64,000 nt of DNA, taken from NCBI GenBank assembly GCA_964403045.1, contig CAYOEP010000002.1:2452-66451 (forward strand), given 5' to 3'. The DNA comes from an uncultured Candidatus Saccharibacteria bacterium. GTDB taxonomy: Bacteria > Patescibacteriota > Minisyncoccia > UBA6257 > 2-01-FULL-56-20. The position numbers and the translations under genes are program-made. The stretch's first letter is position 1. Each line of letters starts with the position of its first letter. Positions 52,222 to 62,552 of the stretch are shown here, piece after piece. Below the pieces are notes generated by a model. The model saw only the letters and a list, made by a program, of their open reading frames with translations, had not been told where the DNA came from and searched no databases.

Positions 52222-54693
52222 ATGAGCACACGCACACGCGCGCGGCGCCTTGTACTTCCTCTCGAAAGCGTCACGATGCGAGATGTTCCTTTGGTGGGAG
52301 GCAAGAATGCGTCGTTGGGAGAGATGATCCGCACGGTAGGAAAGAAGGGCGTGCGGGTACCGGGGGGATTTGTCATTACTGCCACTGCATATCGTGAGTT
52401 TATTCAATCGGCAGGACTGGAGTCATTTATTCGCAATACTTTGCGCGGCTTGGATACCAGCAACGTGCGCGATCTCGCGCGCAGGGGAAAGAAAATTCGC
52501 GACGCGATCGCCCGCGCTCCTTTTCCCGAGGAGCTCCAGCAGCGCGTTACGGAGGCATACCGCAAGATGGAACGTGCCTACGGGCGCAACGTGGATGTAG
52601 CGGTGCGCTCCAGTGCGACTGCAGAGGATTTGCCGGGCGCGTCATTCGCGGGCGAGCATGAAACCTATCTTGGCATTCGGGGTGTCTCTGCGCTCCTGCG
52701 CGCTGCGAAGCTTGCGATGGCGTCGCTGTTTACGGATCGTGCAATTTCTTACCGTGTGGACAAGGGATTCAGCCATTTTCAAGTGGCGCTCTCGGTAGGC
52801 GTGCAGAAAATGGTGCGTTCCGATCTTGGCGCGGCGGGCGTGATGTTTACCCTCGACACTGAGTCTGGATTTCGGGATGTTATTCTCATCAATGGATCAT
52901 GGGGTCTTGGCGAAATGATTGTCCAGGGGCAGGTGACGCCTGATGAATTCTTGGTGTATAAGCCGATGCTGGGCAAGTCTCCGCGCCCTATTATTGAGAA
53001 GTTGCTGGGAAGGAAGCTCCGGAAGATGCGCTATGCGATCCATCGCCATGGGGCGCATACCACGCGGGTTGTAGCCACTACCCCTCGTGAGCGTACTTCA
53101 TTTGTGCTTTCTGATGACGAGATTCTTCTTCTCGCATCGTGGGGGAAGATTATTGAGGAGCACTATTCCCGCCTGCGGGGCAAGTGGACACCGATGGACA
53201 TTGAATGGGCAAAGGACGGGAAAAGTGGCGAGCTTTTTATTGTGCAGGCACGTCCGGAGACGGTGCACGCAGAGCGCGATTTTTCCAAGGTACAGGAGTA
53301 CGTGCGGTTGGAGAGCGGCAACGTCATCGTCCGGGGCGCTTCGGTAGGAAACAAGATTGCCTCGGGGAAGGCGCGGGTAATTCTCAATGTCGCAGATATC
53401 GGTAAGTTCCGCAAAGGCGAGGTTTTGGTGACAGATATGACCGATCCTGACTGGGAGCCGGTGATGAAAATTGCATCGGCGATTGTAACTGACAAAGGGG
53501 GGAGAACTTCCCATGCGGCGATTGTATCCCGCGAACTCGGCATTCCTTGTGTGGTGGGGAGCGGCGATGCTACGAAAAAGATAACGACTGGAGAAGTGGT
53601 TACGGTAGATACTACGGGGAGTGAGGGGCTTGTCTTCGCGGGCGCGCTCAAGTTTCGGGTGCGCACTCACGATGTGCGCAAGATGCCCCGCACCCGCACG
53701 ACGATTATGATGAATATTGCTACCCCCGAAACTGCCTTTGAAAAGTCTTTCCTACCGGCGCGGGGAGTGGGGCTTGCCCGCGAGGAATTTATTATCGCCG
53801 GGCGCATTGGAATTCATCCTCTTGCACTTCTCCACTTCAAGGAACTTCCTGCTTCTCTCCAGAGAAAGATTACGAAGAAGACGGCAGGATGGGACGATAA
53901 GGTGCAATTTTATGTAGACAACTTAGCATTCGGCATTGCTCGTATTGGTGCGGCATTCTTCCCTCATAAGGTGATTGTGCGCTTTTCTGACTTCAAGACG
54001 AATGAGTACCGCACGCTTCTTGGAGGCGAGTATTATGAGCCGAAGGAGGAAAATCCTATGATTGGGTGGCGAGGTGCATCGCGGTATTACAGTGAGCCAT
54101 TCCGCGATGCCTTCCTCCTTGAGTGTCTTGCACTCAAGAAGGTGCGGGATGAAATGGGCTTGGTGAATGTGGTGCCGATGGTGCCTTTCTGTAGGACTCC
54201 TGAAGAAGGAATAAAGACATTAGAGTGCATGGCGGAGGTAGGGCTAATAACAGCGTATGTAGCACGCAAGCGGCGCATGAAGGTTCCGAAGGGAAAACTT
54301 GTGCCGGTGTATGTGATGTGCGAGATTCCTTCGAATGTGATGCGCGCGGAAGAGTTTCTTGATGTATTTGATGGAATGTCCATCGGATCGAATGATCTTA
54401 CCCAGCTTACTCTTGGCATGGATCGGGATTCAGCGCTCTTGCGCGGAATTGCGAACGAGAACGATCCTGCGGTTAAGCGTCTTATTGCGGAAGTTATCCG
54501 CGTTGCCCGCGCACGGAAAAAGTACATTGGGATTTGCGGGCAGGCACCTTCAGATTATCCAGAATTTACCCGATTCTTGATTGACCAAGGAATTGAAAGT
54601 ATTTCTTTGAATCCTGACACGGTTGTCGCAACACTTCTTGCGGTGGCGCAACAAGAAAAAAAGCAAAAGGGACGACGGAAACAAAAAGAGTAA
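52222..54693 (+). CDS. ppsA: Phosphoenolpyruvate synthase
   Basis: VGGKNASLGEM, GGRTSHAAIVSRELG, SIGSNDLTQL, GICGQAPSD. Confidence 0.97.
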   Translation: MSTRTRARRLVLPLESVTMRDVPLVGGKNASLGEMIRTVGKKGVRVPGGFVITATAYREFIQSAGLESFIRNTLRGLDTSNVRDLARRGKKIRDAIARAPFPEELQQRVTEAYRKMERAYGRNVDVAVRSSATAEDLPGASFAGEHETYLGIRGVSALLRAAKLAMASLFTDRAISYRVDKGFSHFQVALSVGVQKMVRSDLGAAGVMFTLDTESGFRDVILINGSWGLGEMIVQGQVTPDEFLVYKPMLGKSPRPIIEKLLGRKLRKMRYAIHRHGAHTTRVVATTPRERTSFVLSDDEILLLASWGKIIEEHYSRLRGKWTPMDIEWAKDGKSGELFIVQARPETVHAERDFSKVQEYVRLESGNVIVRGASVGNKIASGKARVILNVADIGKFRKGEVLVTDMTDPDWEPVMKIASAIVTDKGGRTSHAAIVSRELGIPCVVGSGDATKKITTGEVVTVDTTGSEGLVFAGALKFRVRTHDVRKMPRTRTTIMMNIATPETAFEKSFLPARGVGLAREEFIIAGRIGIHPLALLHFKELPASLQRKITKKTAGWDDKVQFYVDNLAFGIARIGAAFFPHKVIVRFSDFKTNEYRTLLGGEYYEPKEENPMIGWRGASRYYSEPFRDAFLLECLALKKVRDEMGLVNVVPMVPFCRTPEEGIKTLECMAEVGLITAYVARKRRMKVPKGKLVPVYVMCEIPSNVMRAEEFLDVFDGMSIGSNDLTQLTLGMDRDSALLRGIANENDPAVKRLIAEVIRVARARKKYIGICGQAPSDYPEFTRFLIDQGIESISLNPDTVVATLLAVAQQEKKQKGRRKQKE

Positions 54694-54719
54694 ATTTTGC
54701 AAGCAGTAGAGCGAAAAAT

Positions 54720-55739
54720 ATGAAGATAGGTTTTTTCGGTATCAACGGATGGGAACGGGAACGTCTTGCGCAGGAGCTCCAAGAAAACGGCCTCGCCGAC
54801 GATGTAGTGTTTATAGATGAGCGAATTGACAAAGACCACCTCCCTGCGCAGACAGACTTTGAGGCGATTGGGGTGTTTGTGAATTCGTCGGTCAGCAAGG
54901 AAGTGATTGCACACTTTCCTCGTCTGCGGCTTGTCGCGACGCTTTCTACTGGCTATGACCATATTGATCTCGAGGAGTGCCGCGCGCGTGGCATTACGGT
55001 TGTGAATGTTCCTTCATATGGAGAAAACACCGTCGCGGAGTTTGCGTTCGCGCTGATGTTGATGCTTGCGAGGAAATTGTATGATGCGTATCATCGCGTT
55101 CGCGAAAGCGGAAGTTTCAGCCTGGAGGGGCTGAGAGGGTTTGATTTGTATGGCAAAACCCTTGGCGTTGTGGGTACGGGCAGGATAGGGCGGCATATGA
55201 TACGACTTGCGCGCGGAGCAGGAATGGAGGTGATTGCTTTTGATGTACATCCTGATGAAGCATTTGCAAAGGAAGCCTGCTTTCGGTATGCCTCCTTTGA
55301 TGAGGTGCTTGCGGCGAGTGATATTGTGACTCTGCATGTGCCCTATCTTCCCTCAACGCACCATCTCCTTGACAGCAAGGCATTCTCGCTGATGAAAAAA
55401 GGATCCTACCTTATCAATACCAGTAGGGGTGCGGTAGTGGATACCGACGCTCTTGTCTGCGCACTTCAAGAAGGACGCCTTGCAGGTGCAGCGCTTGACG
55501 TGTTGGAAGAAGAGGGGGTTATCAAGGATGAAGTTGCCTTTCTCACCGGCGGACATCCTGAGGAGCACAATCTGAAGGTAATCTTGGAAAATCATGCACT
55601 TATTGATATGCCGAATGTGATCATTACTCCCCATACGGCATTTAACACTTGGGAGGCGGTAGGGAGAATTATTCAGACGACGGTCAACAATATTGCTGCT
55701 TTCCGTTCAGGGAAGCCGACGAACGTGGTCCCAATGTGA
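54720..55739 (+). CDS. D-isomer-specific 2-hydroxyacid dehydrogenase (LdhA/hydroxypyruvate reductase-like)
   Basis: GVVGTGRIG, LINTSRGAVVD, ALDV, ITPHTAF. Confidence 0.92.
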   Translation: MKIGFFGINGWERERLAQELQENGLADDVVFIDERIDKDHLPAQTDFEAIGVFVNSSVSKEVIAHFPRLRLVATLSTGYDHIDLEECRARGITVVNVPSYGENTVAEFAFALMLMLARKLYDAYHRVRESGSFSLEGLRGFDLYGKTLGVVGTGRIGRHMIRLARGAGMEVIAFDVHPDEAFAKEACFRYASFDEVLAASDIVTLHVPYLPSTHHLLDSKAFSLMKKGSYLINTSRGAVVDTDALVCALQEGRLAGAALDVLEEEGVIKDEVAFLTGGHPEEHNLKVILENHALIDMPNVIITPHTAFNTWEAVGRIIQTTVNNIAAFRSGKPTNVVPM

Positions 55740-56929
55740 TGACGGGAAGCCTCCCCAAAATTCGTTGCCTTCGTGCGAGGCCTATTCTTGATTCGCGGGG
55801 CGCCTGGACGGTGGAGGCGAGTGTGGAGCTTGCCAACGGCGTTACTGCCAGTGCTTCTGTGCCGCACGGGAAGAGCAGAGGATCCCGTGAAGCGGCGGTT
55901 ATCAACCCTCACCGCGCGGCAGCACTTATTGAGCAGCGCATTGCTCCTGCATTGCGGGGGCTGAGCTTGGACCAGGGAGAGCTGGACAGTATTCTTCTCC
56001 GCCTCGATGGCACTCCCTCCAAGAGGCGGCTTGGCGGCAATACGTTACTTGCAGTTTCGCTGGGATTCGCACGTGCTGCAGCAAGGAGCCAAAATGTTCC
56101 TCTTTGGCGCTATTTCCGATCCACTGCCCGCATTCAAGTCCCCCGCGGCCACTTCCCGACGCTGTTGGTAAATCTTATTAATGGCGGCCTTCATGCGGGC
56201 AACAATTTGGAATTTCAGGAGTATCTTGTGTTGATTCGGCAGCGCACGCTTGCTGCATCTGTCGCCCGCGCGGCAGAACTGTATAATGCACTCCGCGATT
56301 TTCTGGTGCAGACACGGGGAGGCACTGCGGCGCTCCTTGGTGACGAGGGGGGATTTGCCCCCCAATGCAAAGATTTTCAAGAGCCTTTCGCAATAATTCA
56401 ACGAGTGCTTCGATCCCACGGGTGGCAGCGCGGCATTGCGTTTGGGTTGGACGCGGCGGCGAGTAATATTTCTCATTCTCCCCGTACAATGTGGCGAAAA
56501 TACCAGACTCTCATTGCTCGATTTCCTCTCCGCTACCTCGAGGATCCGTTTGGCGAGGAGGAATTTTCGTGGTTCGCGCGCCTGCGCGAGCAGGTTGGCA
56601 GCAATGTGTGGATTGCCGGTGACGATCTTACGGTGACTAACGTGGCAAGAATGGCTCGAGCGCAAGAAGAAGGAAGTGTGAATGCTGTGATTATTAAGCC
56701 TAATCAGGTGGGGACAGTCACGGAGGCGCTTGCCGCAGTAAAGGCAGCGAGGAAATGGGGGTGGAAAGTCGTCGTCTCCCATCGGAGCGGCGAGACGGAC
56801 GATGCTGCGATTGCGGATTTTGCCTATGGGGTGGGGGCGGATGGATTCAAGCTCGGCGCTCCTGCCCGCGGCGAGCGGACGGCAAAATATAATCGCCTGT
56901 TGGCGGTGGCAACATCATCAAGAGGCTAA
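55739..56929 (+). CDS. eno: Enolase (shortened, divergent)
   Basis: ILDSRG, LINGGLHAG, GDEGGFAP, GDDLTVTN, VSHRSGET, ERTAKYNRL. Confidence 0.93.
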   Translation: MTGSLPKIRCLRARPILDSRGAWTVEASVELANGVTASASVPHGKSRGSREAAVINPHRAAALIEQRIAPALRGLSLDQGELDSILLRLDGTPSKRRLGGNTLLAVSLGFARAAARSQNVPLWRYFRSTARIQVPRGHFPTLLVNLINGGLHAGNNLEFQEYLVLIRQRTLAASVARAAELYNALRDFLVQTRGGTAALLGDEGGFAPQCKDFQEPFAIIQRVLRSHGWQRGIAFGLDAAASNISHSPRTMWRKYQTLIARFPLRYLEDPFGEEEFSWFARLREQVGSNVWIAGDDLTVTNVARMARAQEEGSVNAVIIKPNQVGTVTEALAAVKAARKWGWKVVVSHRSGETDDAAIADFAYGVGADGFKLGAPARGERTAKYNRLLAVATSSRG

Positions 56930-56983
56930 CTTGACATATAGGGACTGCCCTGTGAGAATAAGAGAAAGCCCGAGGTATACGTT

Positions 56984-57577
56984 ATGCAGCAGCGCGTAAA
57001 ATCTTTCCTTCTCTACGGCGGTACCGCATTCTTGGTAGTGAGCGGAGCTTTTTGGATGGCGCACCTCGGTGCCCCTCCTGCGCCGCAGGAAGGGGCGGTG
57101 CTTTCCACGACGATAGGGGATCATGCATACCAGTTTGCGCTTAAGGGCATTGATGGGAAAAGCTACAATCTGGCAGACTTTGTGGGCAAAAGTCCTGTAC
57201 TCTTGGAGTTTATCGCGGTATGGTGTCCGCACTGCCAGAAGCAGACGGAAGTCAACAAAAAAGTGCTTCCTGAATACCGCAAGAGGGGGCTTGTGGTGCT
57301 GAATATCAATGCGAGTCCGCAGGGGAAGAGCTATGTGAACGGTATACCACTTCCTGTCTCGAAGAGCGACCTCCGCTGGTTCCGCGACACTTTTGGCGTA
57401 GAGGAGCCGCTTCTTTTTGATACTGGAAAAGTTGCTGCGCAGTATGGGGTGCGGGGGTTTCCTACTTTTGTATTGCTTGACCGACAAGGGAACATTGCAT
57501 GGCGCGCTTCGGGGGAGCAGGATCCTGCGACGCTCAGGAGCGCGATCGAGAAAGTGCTGCAGGCACAGGAAGGATGA
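56984..57577 (+). CDS. Membrane-anchored TlpA/ResA-type redoxin
   Basis: TM anchor, WCPHC, YGVRGFPTFVLLD. Confidence 0.9.
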   Translation: MQQRVKSFLLYGGTAFLVVSGAFWMAHLGAPPAPQEGAVLSTTIGDHAYQFALKGIDGKSYNLADFVGKSPVLLEFIAVWCPHCQKQTEVNKKVLPEYRKRGLVVLNINASPQGKSYVNGIPLPVSKSDLRWFRDTFGVEEPLLFDTGKVAAQYGVRGFPTFVLLDRQGNIAWRASGEQDPATLRSAIEKVLQAQEG

Positions 57578-58062
57578 CCAGCACAGCAAATTCAGCTTGC
57601 GGAAGATGCGCAAGATGGGTTCATGCGCACCGGCAGGTGCTTTTGGTCGGAGCAATCGCACTCTTTGCGTTCGGCGGCTTTCTTGATGCAACATTTCTTA
57701 CTTTTCACCATTATTCTTCTGCCAAAATTGGATGCCCCCTATTTGGCGGCTGTGATCGCGTGCTGCAGAGCAAGTACGCGACGATAGGTGATGTCCCTAT
57801 TTCGCTCTTTGGGGCAGGGTACTATCTTGTGGTGCTCACCCTCGCGGTAGTGTATCTTGAAAAACGGCTTGCCAAGCTGATTTTCGGCATCGCGGTACTT
57901 TCCGGCGTTGGTCTGCTCACGTCCCTTTATTTGGTATATCTCCAGGCATTTGTACTGCGAGCTTTCTGTTTCTACTGTATGACATCTTTTGCCATCACCT
58001 CATTGATTGCGCTGCTCAGTATTCCGTGGACGGTTGCACTCTTGTGGCGCGCGAAGAACTAA
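57574..58062 (+). CDS. Vitamin K epoxide reductase (VKOR) family protein
   Basis: C...GCDRVLQSKYA loop, CFYC motif, four TMs. Confidence 0.92.
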   Translation: MTSTANSACGRCARWVHAHRQVLLVGAIALFAFGGFLDATFLTFHHYSSAKIGCPLFGGCDRVLQSKYATIGDVPISLFGAGYYLVVLTLAVVYLEKRLAKLIFGIAVLSGVGLLTSLYLVYLQAFVLRAFCFYCMTSFAITSLIALLSIPWTVALLWRAKN

Positions 58063-58123
58063 GGAGCTCTCGCATTTCTCTTTCCGCGATTTTTGGCTAT
58101 AATAGGGCAAGAAGCGCTCTTGT

Positions 58124-59182
58124 ATGGCAACTTCTTATCGAAAACCACAGATTTACTTTTTCCTTGGATTGTTTTTTGTGGCGGCGTTGCTGAACGTGTA
58201 TCTTCTGTTTCCCTACCTGAGCGCGATTATTCTGGGAGCGACATTTGCCGTAATTTTTTATCCTCTCTACCAGAAATTTTTGTTTCTTGCGAGGGGTTCT
58301 AAGAGTGTGGCGGCGCTGGTGACGACGTTTCTCGTGCTTGCGCTGGTGCTCACACCGCTTATTTATTTTAGTATTGTGATTTTTCAGCAGGCGAGCGGCC
58401 TCTATTTTTCTCTCACGGCAAAAGGGGAGCCGTTGATGCTGAGTGCAAATCCCCGCCTCGCGACGTTCTTAAAAAAAGTACTGTTGATTGATGCGGACAA
58501 AATTGAGAGCCTCTCTTTGAATGTGAGCCAGTATCTTACGCAGGCGCTGAATGTAGTGGTACAGAACTTCGGTGCTTTCTTTTCCAGCATTGCGAAGGTG
58601 CTATTCACATTGTTCATTAGCCTCTTTACGCTGTACTACTTTCTCAAAGACGGCGATCGTTTCCGCAAGGCGGTTGTTGAACTGAGTCCTCTCTCTGATC
58701 GGCACGACGCGCAGATTTTGGGAAAACTGCATTTGGTGGTCAATTCGGTCATTCGCGGGACACTGACGGTGGCAGTGGTACAGGGCGTGCTCGCGGGTAT
58801 TGGATTTTTTATTTTTGGCGTGCCCAATGCGGCGGTATGGGGAATGGTCGGCATTATCGCAGCACTCATTCCTGCGGTAGGGAGTGCGCTTGTGACGGTG
58901 CCCGGCGTCATCTACCTCTTCGCGATAGGCAACGTGGTGCAGGCGGTAGGGTTGCTCGCGTGGGCGATGTTTGTGGTAGGGCTTATCGACAACTTTCTGC
59001 GGCCAAAAATTATAGAGCGAAAAATTCATATCCATCCTCTCTTTATCCTTTTAAGCGTTTTGGGGGGGCTTGCGGTATTTGGTCCCTTTGGTTTCCTTCT
59101 TGGCCCTCTTTTGTTGAGCTTTTTCTTTGCGCTCCTCGATATCTATCGGGAAGAGTTTAAGGAGTACGTGACAAAAGTATAG
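58124..59182 (+). CDS. AI-2E family transporter
   Basis: YYFLKDG, IPAVGS, IDNFLRP, SVLGGL..FG..G.LLGP. Confidence 0.92.
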   Translation: MATSYRKPQIYFFLGLFFVAALLNVYLLFPYLSAIILGATFAVIFYPLYQKFLFLARGSKSVAALVTTFLVLALVLTPLIYFSIVIFQQASGLYFSLTAKGEPLMLSANPRLATFLKKVLLIDADKIESLSLNVSQYLTQALNVVVQNFGAFFSSIAKVLFTLFISLFTLYYFLKDGDRFRKAVVELSPLSDRHDAQILGKLHLVVNSVIRGTLTVAVVQGVLAGIGFFIFGVPNAAVWGMVGIIAALIPAVGSALVTVPGVIYLFAIGNVVQAVGLLAWAMFVVGLIDNFLRPKIIERKIHIHPLFILLSVLGGLAVFGPFGFLLGPLLLSFFFALLDIYREEFKEYVTKV

Positions 59183-59191
59183 GGGCATTCC

Positions 59192-61909
59192 ATGAATGCG
59201 CGCGCTTGGCACACGCTTTCTGACGGCGCAGTCGCTGAACTGCTCCACAGCAATCTTCGGTGGGGCTTAACCGAAGATGCTGCTGCGCGGCGCCTGCGTC
59301 GTGTTGGCCGCAATGTACTTCCTGAAGGACAAGAAGAATCAATACTCTCTATTTTTCTGCGCCAGTTTCAGAGCCCGCTCATTTACCTACTTCTCGCGGC
59401 AGGCGCGATTGTCGTTGCGATTGGCGAAATCAATGACGGCATTATCATTTTCTCGGTTATGACGTTTAATGCGGTGGTGGGAGCGTTCCAGGAGGGAAAA
59501 GCGCAGAGTACGCTCCGAGCGTTGCGTAAGTTCGCGAAGTCGACTGCAACGGTGCTTCGTGGTAATCGTGTGGCAGTGATTTCTGATGAGGAGGTGGTTC
59601 CCGGTGATGTTATTTTGTTGCAGGAAGGGACAAAGATTCCTGCCGACGCGCGCATCATCAAGGCGTACAATTTACAAGTTGATGAATCTGCATTGACGGG
59701 CGAATCTGAACCTGTCCATAAACTGAACGAAGTCTTGGCAGATCGCGATCTTCCTGTGGCGGACAGGCGCAATATGGTGTTTAAGGGCACCTATGTAGTG
59801 AGCGGGAGGGGAAAGGCAATAGTGGTCGCAACTGGCATTCATACTGAGATTGGAAAAATCAGCAAAGCTGTAGTTGGTCTTACTCCAGAGATCCCTCTCA
59901 AAAGGAATATCACAAAGCTTTCCCGGATTATCGTGCTGTTCGTGGTGGGCGTGGGGATCATTGCGTTTCTCGCAGGCATCGCGCTGGGATTCCCCTTGGT
60001 GGAGCTTTTTCTCACCGTAGTCGCGCTCGCGGTTGCGGTGGTGCCGGAAGGACTTCCCGTTGCCCTCACGCTTATCTTAGCGGTGGGCGTATGGCATATG
60101 GCGCGGCGCAACGCGCTGGTAAAGCGTCTGCAGGCAGTTGAAGCACTCGGAGAAGCGCGCGTGATCGCGGTCGACAAGACGGGAACGTTGACGAGAAACG
60201 AGATGGTTATTCGGAGAGTGTATACCGCAGGACGCTTTTTTGACGTAGGCGGCGAGGGGTATACCCCGAAAGGACAGCTTTTTTTCGAAGGAAGAAAAGT
60301 GCATATTGCTAACCATCCTGAACTTGTTCTTGCCGCTCGTATTGCTGCTTTCTGCGCTAACGCAGAGGCAGTTTTTTCCAAAGATGAGAAAGTTTGGCGG
60401 ATTACAGGCGATCCTACTGAGGTTGCTCTTGATGTATTCGCGCGGAAACTTGGCATCTCCAAAGAGGAACTTGAGCGCGAGGCGCCGCTCTACGATGAGA
60501 TTCCATTTTCTTATAATTCGAAGCAACACGTAACGGCACATATGCTGCCTCAAAGTGCAGGTGGGGGACAATTTGTTACGGTGGTGGGAGCTCCTGAGGT
60601 AGTGCTGCAGAAGGCAAAGAAAGTAATCGCAGTTGCAAAGCGCGGCGATCCCCAAAAACTAATCTCGACTCAATTCGATGCGTATCATCGAAGTGCGATG
60701 CAAGAAGCAGCGCGCGCGATGGCACGAGACGGCCTTCGTACGGTTGCCTTTGCGTTCGCTGAACTCCCCCCCGAAGGTGATATTCGAAAAGGATTTGGGG
60801 AAGTTACTATTGCGGGTATATTTGGGATGTCTGATAGTATTCGTAAGGAGGCCGCGAGAGCGGTAAAAAAAGCGCAGGAAGGGGGTATTCGGGTGGTAAT
60901 GATTACTGGTGATCATAGGGATACTGCTGTAGCGATTGCGCGCAGGGTGGGTATTTACCACAAGGGAGATGCGGTAATGACTGGCAGGGAGCTGCGCTGT
61001 GCATCCCAGGATGAACTTGTACAGAAACTTGATCGCGTTACCGTCTTTGCGCGTGTTGCTCCTGAAGACAAGATGCGAATTGTGAATGGGTATCGCGCGC
61101 GGGGAGAGATTGTTGCAATGACAGGCGATGGCGTGAATGACGCACCCTCGCTTACTGCAGCGGACCTCGGGGTTGCAATGGGTCGTATTGGTACTGAAGT
61201 TGCAAAGGAAGCGGCCGACATTGTCCTGCTGGATGACAATTTTTCCAGTATTGTGGCAGCAGTTGAGGAGGGAAGAAATATTTTTGTGAAGTTGCGGAAA
61301 GTAGTGCTCTATCTCTTTACTACAGCTCTCACTGAGCTTCTAGTTATCATTATTGCCCTTTTTTCCGGAATTCCCCTTCCTCTTCTCCCGGTCCAGATTT
61401 TGTGGTTGAACGTGGTAACTGATAGCTTTCCGGTGCTTGCGCTCGCATTTGGCCCACGAGAAGACAACCTGCTCTCCCCACGATTCTATAAGGGGTCAAC
61501 GGCATTGTTTGATTTTCTTACTTTTCAGAGGATGCTACTTATGGTGGCAGTGATGACGCTTGGTACTGTTGCGGCGTTTGTTAGCTATCAAGCTGTGAGT
61601 ATAGAAAAAGCAACCACAATGGCGCTTACTGTCCTTGCAGTTTTTGAATGGCTGAATGTGTGGAATGTACAGTCGGAAACAAAGTCAATAGTTGAGAAGG
61701 ATATAGCGGCAAATAAGTCTTTGATTGCAGCTGTAGGAGGTGTGCTGTTGTTTCATCTTGCTGCGCTCTATATTCCTTTTATGAATGCCCTTCTCCATAC
61801 AGTCCCTCTTAGCGCATCCGATTGGGTAGTAGCAATTTCTCTTGCCTTCTCCGTTATTGTGGTCGAGGAGATAAGAAAGTTAATTACTCGTAAGGTACAC
61901 AACATATGA
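59192..61909 (+). CDS. Cation-transporting P-type ATPase (type IIA-like)
   Basis: LTGES, VPEGLP, DKTGTLT, MITGD, TGDGVNDAP. Confidence 0.96.
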   Translation: MNARAWHTLSDGAVAELLHSNLRWGLTEDAAARRLRRVGRNVLPEGQEESILSIFLRQFQSPLIYLLLAAGAIVVAIGEINDGIIIFSVMTFNAVVGAFQEGKAQSTLRALRKFAKSTATVLRGNRVAVISDEEVVPGDVILLQEGTKIPADARIIKAYNLQVDESALTGESEPVHKLNEVLADRDLPVADRRNMVFKGTYVVSGRGKAIVVATGIHTEIGKISKAVVGLTPEIPLKRNITKLSRIIVLFVVGVGIIAFLAGIALGFPLVELFLTVVALAVAVVPEGLPVALTLILAVGVWHMARRNALVKRLQAVEALGEARVIAVDKTGTLTRNEMVIRRVYTAGRFFDVGGEGYTPKGQLFFEGRKVHIANHPELVLAARIAAFCANAEAVFSKDEKVWRITGDPTEVALDVFARKLGISKEELEREAPLYDEIPFSYNSKQHVTAHMLPQSAGGGQFVTVVGAPEVVLQKAKKVIAVAKRGDPQKLISTQFDAYHRSAMQEAARAMARDGLRTVAFAFAELPPEGDIRKGFGEVTIAGIFGMSDSIRKEAARAVKKAQEGGIRVVMITGDHRDTAVAIARRVGIYHKGDAVMTGRELRCASQDELVQKLDRVTVFARVAPEDKMRIVNGYRARGEIVAMTGDGVNDAPSLTAADLGVAMGRIGTEVAKEAADIVLLDDNFSSIVAAVEEGRNIFVKLRKVVLYLFTTALTELLVIIIALFSGIPLPLLPVQILWLNVVTDSFPVLALAFGPREDNLLSPRFYKGSTALFDFLTFQRMLLMVAVMTLGTVAAFVSYQAVSIEKATTMALTVLAVFEWLNVWNVQSETKSIVEKDIAANKSLIAAVGGVLLFHLAALYIPFMNALLHTVPLSASDWVVAISLAFSVIVVEEIRKLITRKVHNI

Positions 61910-62544
61910 AAGTGATATGGTGCAGTAGCGAAGCTGAAGTTTATCGCAATATCGCAGCAGAGCTCTCTCGCTATCTTGCAGAAAACGAGGGGGTACCTTC
62001 TCTTATCCTCACTGAGGGACGCGCTGCAAGTCGAATGCTCCCCTTATTGGGGGCCCCACCAGATACTGCTATTACATTTGGCATGCTTTCCCCGCAGGAC
62101 GAAGATGCGCAGCTCCCTCCCGAAAGATTTTCCGAGTGGCGGCGGGCGCACCCCGAGGGATTTATTGCGAGCGTGGTGGAAATCCGCGCTGACGGCGGCG
62201 TGATGGGAATTGCGCCTTTTCCAGAAAATCCGGACTTGTTCCGTTCCCGATTTGATAAGGAAAGGAAATGGGTTGCCCCCCGGATTAGTACTTTGCGGGA
62301 GGCAAATGGTGGCTGCCTTACTGCAACCTTCTCCTTCCTCCGGGAGGCAGTGGATGCTACAATAGCGTATGCGGTGACACAAAACAGAGGAAAGGTTCTC
62401 CGCCGCCTTTTCGCAGAGGAGGGATTCCTCTATGAGACACCTGCGAGGATTTTACTGGAACTTGAATATGCTACGTTGTTTTCACTCCCTGTCCTTGACG
62501 ACTCCACGCCGCACGGAGATTTGGAAGCGCCCTATGCTGTCTAG
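61906..62544 (+). CDS. Hypothetical protein, possibly a degenerate 6-phosphogluconolactonase-fold protein
   Basis: EIRADGGVMGI resembles G.G.DGHxAxI; TPARIL near C-terminus; next to a sugar kinase. Confidence 0.45.
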   Translation: MKVIWCSSEAEVYRNIAAELSRYLAENEGVPSLILTEGRAASRMLPLLGAPPDTAITFGMLSPQDEDAQLPPERFSEWRRAHPEGFIASVVEIRADGGVMGIAPFPENPDLFRSRFDKERKWVAPRISTLREANGGCLTATFSFLREAVDATIAYAVTQNRGKVLRRLFAEEGFLYETPARILLELEYATLFSLPVLDDSTPHGDLEAPYAV

Positions 62545-62552
62545 TAATTAGT

